A stretch of 64,000 bases of DNA from Thermomicrobiales bacterium (GTDB lineage: Bacteria > Chloroflexota > Chloroflexia > Thermomicrobiales > UBA6265): positions 147,351-211,350 of the forward strand of contig JAUJOZ010000002.1 in the NCBI GenBank assembly GCA_030447415.1, given 5' to 3'. The notes below the pieces were generated by a model. The model saw only the letters and a list, made by a program, of their open reading frames with translations. It ran no database searches and was not told the origin of the DNA. The position numbers and the translations under genes were made by a program. Positions 10,616 through 19,378 of the stretch are shown here, one piece after another (the stretch's first letter is position 1; every line of letters starts with the position of its first letter).

Positions 10616-11729
10616 TAAGCAGCCTCAGAGAAGTCTTGGACCGGTGCGTGCGGCGGCGGGGGCGGAGGTGCTGCGATGGCCCCCACCCTCGCCCCGTGCG
10701 CCGACGATCTCCGGGGCTGACCCGGACCGACCCCGACCCGCGGGTGCGTCGGCGGGCGCACGCCCTGCTGCTGGTCGCCGAGGGGCGGACCGTGGCCGCG
10801 GTCGCGCGCCTGTTCGAGACGGGGCCGAACCGCATCCCGCGCTTGGCGGGCCCGGTTTCGGCGCGGCGGCCGCCAGGGCCTCGACGACGCGCGCTCCGGT
10901 CGCCCGCCCAAGCCTGAAACGCCGCGGCGCTGGCGTTCCTCGCGGAGGCGCTGGAGGCGAGCCCCCAGGCGCATGGGCTGCCGGTCACGGTCTGGAGCAT
11001 CCGCGACCTGCGCGAGGTGCTGCGGCACGCCTGGGTGTCCGGGTCTGCACCGCGACCGTGCACCGAGCGGTGCAGCGCCGGAACCTCGAGTACCGCCCCC
11101 CCGCCACGACCTGCGGCACCGCCAGGACCAGGAGGCGTCGCGGCGGCCGAGGAGGTCCTGGCGTGGCGGCGAAAGCGTTGGCGCCCCCGGCGAACTCCGC
11201 CTCCGTTTACTTGGACGAGTGGGGTGAGGTCCACCGTCACCGCCTGGCGAAGGTGTGGCAGCGGCGGGGGTGCCCGCGCTGAGGGTGCCGGCCGCCGGGA
11301 GGACGGCAAGTTCGCCGTCTTCGGGGCGCTCGACTACGCCACCGGCCGGCTCGTCTGCCAGACCGCGGAGCACAAGGACGGCGCCGCCTTCGTCGCCTTC
11401 CTCGACCACCTGGCCGCGGCGTTCCCCGACGGGCCGCTGGTCGTGGTCCTGGACAACGTCGGCTACCACAAGGGGCGGCGCGCCAAGGACTGGTGGATGG
11501 CCCAGCAGGACCGGGTCCGCCCGCTGTGGCTGCCCGCCTACGCGCCTGAGCTGAACCTGATCGAGCGCGTCTGGCGTCACCTCAAGGACAAGCTGAGCTG
11601 CTATCGCTGGTGGGCCGACCTGCCGGCGCGGGAGTGGCCGCCGCCGCCCTCCTCGCGGACCGAGGCGCGCTTTCACCAGCCAGACCCGGGCGGCATCGCC
11701 CTGGTCCAGAACTTCTGTCAGGCTGCTTA
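10616..11729 (+). mobile_element. IS630-family insertion sequence (frameshifted transposase)
   Basis: IRs TAAGCAGCCTCAGAGAAGTCTTGGACC / GGTCCAGAACTTCTGTCAGGCTGCTTA with TA ends; DDE motifs YLDE, VVLDNVGYH, LPAYAPELNLIERVW; N-terminal RRRAHALLL HTH. Confidence 0.9.
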
Positions 11730-12532
11730 GGGCGTGTCTGCAAACCCCGCGGCGTAGCGGCCATGTAACGCCGGCCGGCCCGACGTTCGTGTGCGAGCAG
11801 ATCAGATCGCCTCGTTGGTCCGGTCCCGCGTCGTCCGGCGCGCGGGCACCGCGTCCCGGACGTCCTCGCGCGACTTCCACTCCGGTTCGGGCGGCGCGTA
11901 GTCCGGGCGCGGGGCGTAGACCGACCGCTCGACGAAGGCCATCTTGTGGATGTAGCGCGGGCAGTTGGGGAAGATCCGCTCGGCCCGCACCCGCACGATC
12001 AGCTGCGCGCCCGGCAGCTCGGCCAGCAGCGGGTCGTCGTGGACGGTAGCCGTCCCGTTGACGCGCAGGCGGCCGGGCTGCTCGAAGTCGATGAAGAGCA
12101 GCCCGACGTGGGGGTTGACGCGCAGATTGCCGAGGCTGCGGAACATGCCGTTGCCGTCGTAGTCGGGGAAGGCGAGGGTCCGGTCGTCGACGACGCGCAC
12201 GAACCCCGGCAGGCCGCCCTTGTAGGAGCAGTCGGGCCGGCCGGCGGCGTCGGCCGTGGCCAGGAAGAACATCGCGCTACGTTCGAGGAACGCCCGGTCG
12301 CGGTCGGAGAAGATCGCGTGGGCCCGGACCTCGTACAACCGGTCGGCGAGCCGCCGGGTGTCGAATTGGTCCTGCAGCTGCCGCGACCCGGCGTGGTAAC
12401 TATCGTCCTCGGGCATCGCGGGGCCCCTTTCGCGAGGGCGCCTCTGTGAACCGGAGCGGGTCGAGCGGTGCGCCATCGATCCACATCCTAGCATCCCGAT
12501 AGCGCCACGGCTTTGGCTTTGCAGACACGCCC
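11730..12532. mobile_element. non-autonomous IR-bounded passenger cassette (MIC/tIS-like)
   Basis: perfect 15-bp IR GGGCGTGTCTGCAAA / TTTGCAGACACGCCC flanked by TA, enclosing one gene and no transposase. Confidence 0.75.
11802..12416 (-). CDS. pyridoxamine 5'-phosphate oxidase-family FMN-binding protein
   Basis: FFLATADAAGRPDCSYKGGLPGFV, FPDYDGNGMFRSLGN, NCPRYIH. Confidence 0.9.
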   Translation of the reverse strand: MPEDDSYHAGSRQLQDQFDTRRLADRLYEVRAHAIFSDRDRAFLERSAMFFLATADAAGRPDCSYKGGLPGFVRVVDDRTLAFPDYDGNGMFRSLGNLRVNPHVGLLFIDFEQPGRLRVNGTATVHDDPLLAELPGAQLIVRVRAERIFPNCPRYIHKMAFVERSVYAPRPDYAPPEPEWKSREDVRDAVPARRTTRDRTNEAI

Positions 12533-12640
12533 TAGTGGTCCGTCAGCGTTGTTTTGCCACCGCATGATGGCTCGTAGAGGGCGATGCCTCGCCCATTCAT
12601 CGATGGCAGGCATGGCGAATGAGACGTGACGCACCACTAG
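12532..12640. mobile_element. 109-bp MITE-like element, CTAG-bounded
   Basis: CTAGTGGTCCGTCA...TGACGCACCACTAG terminal IR, internal hairpin GGGCGA-TGCC-TCGCCC. Confidence 0.7.
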
Positions 12641-13563
12641 CTCGCCTCGTAGCTCTTGAGGACGAGGGGCTTGGCGCGCTCCAGCTCCTCGTCGGTGTGA
12701 ACCACCACCTCCAGGTCCCCGGTCCCGAAGTGGCCGATCTTGCGCACGTCCCGGGTGAACCCGGGTTCCAGGGCGACAGAGTCCGGATCGACCTTGAGGT
12801 ACAGGCTGATGCGCTTAGCCTGGGGATGAATCTCGACGCACGCGAAGTTCTTGATCCTCCGAAACGCGAAGTAATTCTTGACCGTCTTCAGCTGCACGTC
12901 GTCCCCGAGCGCAAGCATGTACGCCTTGAGGGCTTCGTATCGGTCGCGGACGTCGACGGGCGCTTGAGCGAGCCGATCAACGATCGTGCGGCCGGCGTGG
13001 CCCTTGGAGACGGGCAGAGGGTCCGGTTTCTGGCGTCCTTCCTGGCCACTTCCATCCGGAGCGATGGCATTGACCAGTTCGAGCAAGAGCAACTCCTCGC
13101 CGAACCGGCGGTAGCGGATGAGCTCGATGCTGCGGTTGATCTGCTTGATCGCGTGCTCGTCGTACCGGGTGAAGTCGCCGGCGATGCACAGCAGGCGCGG
13201 GGTGCTCCAGTCGATCTCGGCGGCGGTTGCCTGACCCAAACGATCCATGACGAGCAGCTTGAACTCGCCGCGGTGATCCAGGAGCCAGTCCAAATAGAAC
13301 AGGCCCTGATTGATGACGTTCTGGTTGAGGGCGCGCTTGTACTCGACGATTACCGGGCTGCCGTTCTCGTCGATGCCGAGGGTATCGATCCGGCCGCCGT
13401 GGTTCTTGCCGGTCGGGTGCTCGGAGGCCAGGAAGCGCACGCCGAGGAACGCGTCGAGGTGGCGCTCGATCAGCGCCTGCAGGGACCTTTCGACGGCGAC
13501 CGAAGAGCTCTTGAGCTCCTGGACGGTGCCGCCGGCGAGGTGGAACAGCTTGGCGTCGCTCAT
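12637..13563 (-). CDS. NucS/DUF91-like PD-(D/E)xK nuclease with DUF5655-like C-terminal domain
   Basis: ERSLQALIE..RIDTLGIDENGSPVIVEYKR..QGLFYLDWL; C-terminal RDVRKIGHFGTGDLEV. Confidence 0.8.
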   Translation of the reverse strand: MSDAKLFHLAGGTVQELKSSSVAVERSLQALIERHLDAFLGVRFLASEHPTGKNHGGRIDTLGIDENGSPVIVEYKRALNQNVINQGLFYLDWLLDHRGEFKLLVMDRLGQATAAEIDWSTPRLLCIAGDFTRYDEHAIKQINRSIELIRYRRFGEELLLLELVNAIAPDGSGQEGRQKPDPLPVSKGHAGRTIVDRLAQAPVDVRDRYEALKAYMLALGDDVQLKTVKNYFAFRRIKNFACVEIHPQAKRISLYLKVDPDSVALEPGFTRDVRKIGHFGTGDLEVVVHTDEELERAKPLVLKSYEAS

Positions 13564-13696
13564 GGGCGATCCGCCTGAGCGGCAGGGGACTCAATGGGGA
13601 TCATATGTCCGATGGTAGCATCTCCACGCAAGGCCAAGACCTACCTCCTACCCTAGATCACGGCCATGCTGCGGCCCGCGCCTTTAGTGCGTGCGA

Positions 13697-13807
13697 CTAG
13701 TGGTTCGTCATCCCTGAATTGCCACCCGCCCCGACCGGACTTTAGGCCCTCCGTGGGTGTTCTGTGCTGGACGAAGGGGTGGCAGAACAGCCCTGACCGA
13801 CCACTAG
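13697..13807. mobile_element. 111-bp MITE-like element, CTAG-bounded, same end family as 12532-12640
   Basis: CTAGTGGTTCGTCA..TTGCCAC ... GTGGCAGAACAGCCCTGACCGACCACTAG. Confidence 0.7.
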
Positions 13808-13866
13808 GGCGCCAACTCCGTCCTCTGTGGCCGAGCCACCGTCGTAGAAGACTCGCTCGCGGTGGC

Positions 13867-14622
13867 TCACCCGCACGCGCAGGTCGTGTGGTTCATCGCC
13901 TCGTCGTTCGGGCACGCCTTGGCGCAGTAGGCCATCGCGGGGTCCTTCGTCAGGCAGACCTCCCCGCCGCTCGGGCAGACGCAGCTCTCAGGCTCGAAGC
14001 TCGAACACACGGCGCCGCCCACGCATGTCGTTTCGCCGCAGCGGCAGGAGCAGTCGTCCGCCCGCCTGCCCCCCTCGCCGCACGGTGGGAGGCAGGCGCC
14101 GCCGCAACGGTCTTCGTTGGCGCAGCACGCGCCCTCCGCCACGCATTGGCCGTCGCGGCAGCGCCGCTCTCCCGCCTCGCACTCGTCGCAGGGCGCATCG
14201 ACGCCAGGCACTTCGAAGTACCCGACGCAGAGGTCGGAGCACGGGAGGTCGGGCAACTGGCTCACCAGGGCGCACACGGCCACCGACGCGGCCGCGCACC
14301 CAAGGCCGAATACAGTGCACGCTGGCGTCGCTTCGACCCCGGCGGCGCACGCCGCGTTCCCTCCCGTTTGGACGGCGTCGCTCGCCGTCTCGCACAGGCG
14401 CAAGCAACGGTTGCAGGAGAAGTCGGGCAGATCGGGCCAATCGGGCAGATCGGGCCAATCGGGCAGGTTCACGTCGATGGGGAACGCGGCGGCCGCCTCG
14501 CGTTTCGACGCGACGTTGAGGCCGATGAGAGCCAACGCCCCGCCACCGACGAGCTTGAGAATCCTTCGGCGCGGCGTCGCCGCGAGGCGGCGTGCGAAAT
14601 CGTCAAACGTGTCGTTCTGCAC
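13867..14622 (-). CDS. Tat-type secreted cysteine-rich protein
   Basis: GGAGG RBS + GTG; FDDFARRLAATPRRRILKLVGG leader; PDW/PDL repeats; many Cys. Confidence 0.7.
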   Translation of the reverse strand: MQNDTFDDFARRLAATPRRRILKLVGGGALALIGLNVASKREAAAAFPIDVNLPDWPDLPDWPDLPDFSCNRCLRLCETASDAVQTGGNAACAAGVEATPACTVFGLGCAAASVAVCALVSQLPDLPCSDLCVGYFEVPGVDAPCDECEAGERRCRDGQCVAEGACCANEDRCGGACLPPCGEGGRRADDCSCRCGETTCVGGAVCSSFEPESCVCPSGGEVCLTKDPAMAYCAKACPNDEAMNHTTCACG

Positions 14623-14961
14623 GTCAGCGCCTCCTCGACTGGTCGGAAGTGAGCGCAGAGAGGAGCAGGTCACTGCAAGACGGGCTATTTGCTTGGCGTG
14701 ACGGCCATCGGCGACCCTACCACATCGAACGATCTTGTCAATCGGCGTGCGGCGCTCTGAGATTCGTCTTTCGGTGGCTGCGATGACGTGACCAACCAGC
14801 GTCGCAAGGCGGCGCGCGCTCGTCGGGGCTCCACCCCCGTCGCAACGTTGCGAGAGCCGTCGACTGGCCGCAACCACATCCCCGCTCGGAGGGAAGGCAA
14901 GCCGTCGGGTCCCTGCCCGACCGTTCGCGCTCCGTGTTGCCGCAGGCCGCCCCGACGTACC

Positions 14962-14978
14962 GGTTTGCGGACACGCCC
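14962..14978. repeat. third copy of the GGGCGTGTCYGCAAA element end
   Basis: GGTTTGCGGACACGCCC is a 16/17 inverted match to 11730-11746. Confidence 0.7.
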
Positions 14979-15197
14979 TGGTCGCGCCAGCGCCTCCCAA
15001 TGTCGCCCATGCGGCACCTTCTGACCCCGGCGCACGAACGAGCAGTACCCCTCGGATAGACCGGTCGCCTGGGCCATCGCGCGGAGCGGCACGCCCAGCA
15101 ATCGGGGGAGGATGTCGCGGGCAAAGGCCGCCAGGTCGGTCGGTTCGTCGCCGTGCTCCCGCTCCCACCGGGCGGCGACGGCGACGACGCGGCCCCC
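14979..15197 (-). pseudogene. HTH-domain gene relic
   Basis: RWEREHGDEPTDLAAFARDILPRLLGVPLRAMAQATGLSEGYCSFVRRGQKVPHGRHWEALAR, cut by the IR; no clear start. Confidence 0.55.
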
Positions 15198-15219
15198 GCA
15201 CTCAAAACGTTTTGAGTGC
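15198..15219. repeat. 22-bp perfect palindrome, copy 1
   Basis: GCACTCAAAACGTTTTGAGTGC. Confidence 0.9.
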
Positions 15220-15565
15220 CGCGCCCCTCTGAGCGCTCTCCGCCCCGCCCCCGGCCCCTGCCCCAGGTGTCATCTTCGACGATTTCTGTCGTGGATCTTC
15301 AGCACTATGCGTCGTAGTCCTTGAACGGCGCCAGACGTTCTGCTCGCAGGCCGGCTTGAGGAGGAAGGTGACACAGGAACCCAGAACTCCCCTGCCGCCA
15401 ATCGTCGTGCCCCCATTCTGTCCCCTGAGACCGACTCTGTCAGGCGAAAGGATCGGTTCCAGCGGCGATTCTGGCACGTCCCCCGCTTGACTGCGGGGCT
15501 AGGCGCCGGGATGTTGTGGGCCACCTCTTCCGGCCGATCATCGTTCTGAGCAAAGGAGCGGGGGG

Positions 15566-15826
15566 ATGAAGAAGCTGTTGGTCGTGGTGCTGCTGGCGGC
15601 GGGGCTCGTCCTCGGTGTCGGGGGCGGGTCGGCGGCCGCTGCGGGCGAGCGCCAGTTCGCCACCACAATTAGCACTATCGCGCGGGCGGACGACCTCTCG
15701 GGCTTTCCGACCGACCCCATCCGCAACTTTCCGACCGATCCCGTCCGCGGCGCGTACGTCTCCTACGCCGCGACCACGCTCAACCCGAGCGCCGGCGGCT
15801 CCTGTTCCCCGATCAACTGCGAGTAG
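15566..15826 (+). CDS. small secreted protein
   Basis: AAGGAG RBS; MKKLLVVVLLAAGLVLGVGGGSAAAA signal peptide; FPTDP[IV]R twice. Confidence 0.65.
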   Translation: MKKLLVVVLLAAGLVLGVGGGSAAAAGERQFATTISTIARADDLSGFPTDPIRNFPTDPVRGAYVSYAATTLNPSAGGSCSPINCE

Positions 15827-15945
15827 GACGGGCGCCGACTGGGTGTCGGCGCCCACACGGGCGAGGCCAGGGCGGGCTATGGGGCCGCCTCGCACGGACC
15901 TCTTGGCAAACCGGTGAGCGGGTCCATAAGCTCCCGCCGGCCGGC

Positions 15946-15967
15946 GCACTCAAAACGTTTTGAGTGC
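15946..15967. repeat. 22-bp perfect palindrome, copy 2
   Basis: identical GCACTCAAAACGTTTTGAGTGC. Confidence 0.9.
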
Positions 15968-16110
15968 GGGCGAAACCCAGAGTGGTCCCAGGAGGCGACG
16001 GTGGGCCGACCCTGCCCTCCCCGGCAGGCGTGATGCGACCGCTGCGACGCCCCACTGGCCGACGCGGACGAGGTGCTCGCCCGCGAGCGAGTCGATTACC
16101 CTTCCCCGCC

Positions 16111-16796
16111 ATGATCACCCAACACCTGATCTTCGACGCCGACGACACCCTCTGGGAGAACAACGTCTACTTCGAGCGGGCCGTCGACGACTTCCTCGCC
16201 TTCCTCGATCACGCAACCCTCTCCCGTGAGCAGGCGCGGGCGGTGCTCGACGAGATCGAACGGGCCAACGCCGGCATCCACGGCTACGGCGCGGCGGCGT
16301 TCGCGCGCAACCTGCGGCAGTGCTACGAGCGCCTGGCCGAGCGCGACATCTCCGACGACGACCTCGCCCGCGTCATGGGCTTCGGCGAGCGATCCTCGCC
16401 CAGCCGCTGGAGGTGCTCAATGGAGTCGAGGAGACGCTGCAGGCGCTAGGGGCGCGGCACGACCTGACGCTGATGACGAAGGGCCACCCCGAGGAGCAGC
16501 GGCTGAAGATCGAACGTTCTGGCATGGGTGACGTCTTTCGGCACGCCGCCGTCGTGCCCGAGAAGGACGCCGCCGCCTACCGCGCCCTCGTCGCCGAGCT
16601 CGGGCTCGACCCGGGCCGTACGTGGATGATCGGCAACTCCCCACGGTCGGACGTCAACCCAGCGCTCGCCGCCGGCCTCAACGCGGTCTACGTTCCCCAT
16701 CCGGCCACGTGGCGATTGGAGCAGGAGGAGATCGTCACCGGACCCGGACAGCTTCTGGTGCTGGAGCGCTTCTCCCAGCTGCTTGACCACTTCTAG
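16111..16796 (+). CDS. HAD-superfamily hydrolase (one frameshift near 16392)
   Basis: IFDADDTLWENN, TKGHPEEQRLK, EKD, MIGNSPRSDVNPA. Confidence 0.85.
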
Positions 16797-17235
16797 TGAT
16801 CTAATTTCCCGGTGGGGCGCGGGTGCGGCCTCATCCCGGAACATGCCCCATCGCGTCCCCGCTCCGCGTCGTCCTGAGTGATGAGCGGCGTGCCTCCCTG
16901 GGCGGCTCGGTGGGAAGTCGCACCGCCCCAGAGTGCCGGCTGACCCCCGCGCGTCCTGCTCAAGGCTCAATACGGCGAGGGCGCTCCGAGGTGGTCTGAC
17001 GCTGCCCTCGCCGGCGAGCTCGCCATGGCCGCCAACCCCGTGGTGCGGGGACGCCACGAGGGCGTCGCGGAGGGGCCGGAGGCCGCCCTTGTGCGCACGT
17101 GCCCCGACCGTGTTGACGAGCGGTGCCTAGACGGGGTGGTTGAGGGCCGCCTAGACGCTGCTGGCCGCTCAGCCCATCTGAGTGGAGAAGAGATGTGTTT
17201 TCAGGCTGCAATCGCGATTTTCTCCGCTCGTTCCC

Positions 17236-17295
17236 TTTCCGTGCTACTTTCGATGGAGTATAATTAGGCTCAGATCGTACGTGCATGACTGGAGG
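17236..17295 (+). promoter_or_regulatory. promoter and RBS of the xre-recombinase operon
   Basis: TATAAT at 17259-17264 in an AT-rich patch; GGAGG at 17291. Confidence 0.5.
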
Positions 17296-17303
17296 TTAGA
17301 AAA

Positions 17304-17516
17304 ATGCAGGTGCCACGGCTGCGCGAGGTGCGGGAGCGCCGTTTGGTGACGCAGGTGGAGCTAGCGCGGAAGGCGCAGATGAGTGTCGCGACCGTCAATT
17401 TTGCCGAGCGCGGCCTACGGGATGTGCGCATTAGCACCGTGCGGCGGCTGGCAGCGGCCTTGGGCGTGCCGGCGACCGACCTCATGGCGCCGGCGCAGGA
17501 AGGGGAGCGACGATGA
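17304..17516 (+). CDS. Xre-family HTH regulator
   Basis: LREVRERRLVTQVELARKAQMSVATVNFAERG..TVRRLAAALGV; ATGA overlap with the recombinase. Confidence 0.85.
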   Translation: MQVPRLREVRERRLVTQVELARKAQMSVATVNFAERGLRDVRISTVRRLAAALGVPATDLMAPAQEGERR

Positions 17517-19378
17517 GGGCGGCCGTCTACGTCCGGGTCTCGACGGACGCCCAGGCGCGGGAAGATCGGCTGAGCCTGCCGGAGCAGATCGACAAGTGCC
17601 GCGAGTATGTGACCGCCCAAGGTTGGACCGAGGTCGCGACCCTGAAGGAAACCGGGACGGGCGCCCATCTCGATGAGCGGTCCCGGATGAGCGAGCTCCG
17701 GGCGATGGTCGCGAGCGGGCTAGTAGACGTGGTGGTCGCCTGGCATCCCGACCGACTCTCGCGCGATCCCGACCATCGGGCGGTCCTCCGCTACGAGTTC
17801 GCTAAGGCCGGCGCCCGCTACGCGACGGTCCATGACCACTACGCGGATGGGACCCGGATGGGCAGCGCCATGGATTATCTCACCGGCCTCGGCTCTGCCC
17901 AGGAGCTCGATGACCTCCGGCGGCGGACCGGTGCCGGCCGGCGCCGCAAGATGCACGGGGACCCGGAGCACGGCATCGCGCCGCGCCCCATCGGGAGTCA
18001 GGCCCCTGACTTCGGCCTCACGTGGGCCGACGAACGCAAACCGGACGGCCGCCTGAGGAAGGAGCGGCTCGTAGAGGACCCGGACACTATCGGCTGGGTA
18101 CGCTGGCTGTTCGGGCAGTACGATGCCGGCATCAGCCTGCGCGGGCTACGGTCCCGGCTGGAGGCGCTGGGTGTCAAGCCGCCCGCCTCCGCTCGGACCG
18201 GCTCCACCGTCTGGAGCCCGGCGACGCTCCGGGGGGTGCTCACCAACGAGCATTACCTCGGCATTGGGCACGCGAACACGACGATGACCGTCAAGGGACC
18301 GACCGGCAAGAAGCGGTCGGTCCTACGGCCCCGGGCGGAGTGGGTGCGGCTGCCCGAGGGGACCTTTCCCGCCGTCGTTGACGAAGCCCTCTTCTCACGG
18401 GTCCAAGATCGGATCCGACAGAACAAGAAGGAATGCCCACCTGGCAACCGGACCCCCAAGGTTGCGCTCCTGCGACGCGGCGTGGGGCGCTGCGGCTACT
18501 GTGGCAATAATCTTCAGGTCAACGAGGGCAATGGCAACCTCGACTATCGGTGCGACCCCCACAATCGCCAGCGCCACGGCTGCCCCAGCCATACTATGAG
18601 CGTCGAGAAGCTGGACGCCGCCGTGTCGGACCTCGTGGACCGGCTCCTGGCGCAGCCGGAGATGCTGGAGCAGAAGCTGCTGGGCCTCCGCGAAGCCGAC
18701 CCGACCGCTCTCAGCCTGCCCCGCATCCGGACCCGGATCGCGGAGCTAGAGCAGGATCGGACGCGGCTACGACGGCGACTGCGGGAGGACCTGAGTGAGC
18801 GAATTCGGAGCAACTACGAGGACGTGCTGAGCGACGTCGCGGAGGAGATGGAGAGGGCGGAGGTGGAACTGGCACGTCTCCTGGCCGAGCGCCGGGCGTG
18901 GGAGCTCGTACAGGAGCGGCGCCAGGGCATCCTTGATTTTGCAGCCCAGGTCCGGGCAGAAACGGGCGCCTTGACCTGGCAGGATAGGCGGCAGCAGCTG
19001 CTCCGACTCGGTGTCACGGTCAAGCTCTACCGCGCCGACAGTCCGTGGGGGCGGTGGCAACTCAGCACGCAGTGGCGACCGGCGGGCCAGCCGGTGACCG
19101 TGTCCCACCAGACAGTGCAGACGGCGGCAGACGGGTTCCAGACCGTCTCCGGGTATGATGCCGCAACGGGCCAGCGCTTCAGCAGCTGGGGCGTGGCTGG
19201 GCCAAGAGTGGATGACGTCGAGTTCTTGCGGAACAACGATCGCGAGACCGCATGCCGACTGGCACGAGAGGCGCTCACCGCCGGGTGGGCGAGTGAGCGG
19301 GCACGGCTAAGCGAAGAGAAGTCGATCAACGTGTTTGGTGCCTCTTCAGCCGCTGCTCCTCCAGGTGGCCCTTGGTGA
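17513..19378 (+). CDS. large serine recombinase (integrase)
   Basis: AVYVRVST catalytic Ser, DRLSR, recombinase domain, CGYCG..YRC..C zinc ribbon, coiled coil. Confidence 0.92.
   Translation: MRAAVYVRVSTDAQAREDRLSLPEQIDKCREYVTAQGWTEVATLKETGTGAHLDERSRMSELRAMVASGLVDVVVAWHPDRLSRDPDHRAVLRYEFAKAGARYATVHDHYADGTRMGSAMDYLTGLGSAQELDDLRRRTGAGRRRKMHGDPEHGIAPRPIGSQAPDFGLTWADERKPDGRLRKERLVEDPDTIGWVRWLFGQYDAGISLRGLRSRLEALGVKPPASARTGSTVWSPATLRGVLTNEHYLGIGHANTTMTVKGPTGKKRSVLRPRAEWVRLPEGTFPAVVDEALFSRVQDRIRQNKKECPPGNRTPKVALLRRGVGRCGYCGNNLQVNEGNGNLDYRCDPHNRQRHGCPSHTMSVEKLDAAVSDLVDRLLAQPEMLEQKLLGLREADPTALSLPRIRTRIAELEQDRTRLRRRLREDLSERIRSNYEDVLSDVAEEMERAEVELARLLAERRAWELVQERRQGILDFAAQVRAETGALTWQDRRQQLLRLGVTVKLYRADSPWGRWQLSTQWRPAGQPVTVSHQTVQTAADGFQTVSGYDAATGQRFSSWGVAGPRVDDVEFLRNNDRETACRLAREALTAGWASERARLSEEKSINVFGASSAAAPPGGPW

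Noticed and set aside
12532-13807. Classical integron attC sites
   Set aside because: No RYYYAAC/GTTRRRY cores and no IntI tyrosine recombinase in the window; kept as a different repeat class.
15198-15967. CRISPR array
   Set aside because: Only two copies about 750 bp apart with a gene between them; no regular spacers or cas operon.
16793-16815. CTAGTGATC after the HAD stop as another end of the CTAGTGGT family
   Set aside because: The match is limited to about 8 nt, with no GTCA/GCCA subterminal motif and no partner end found.
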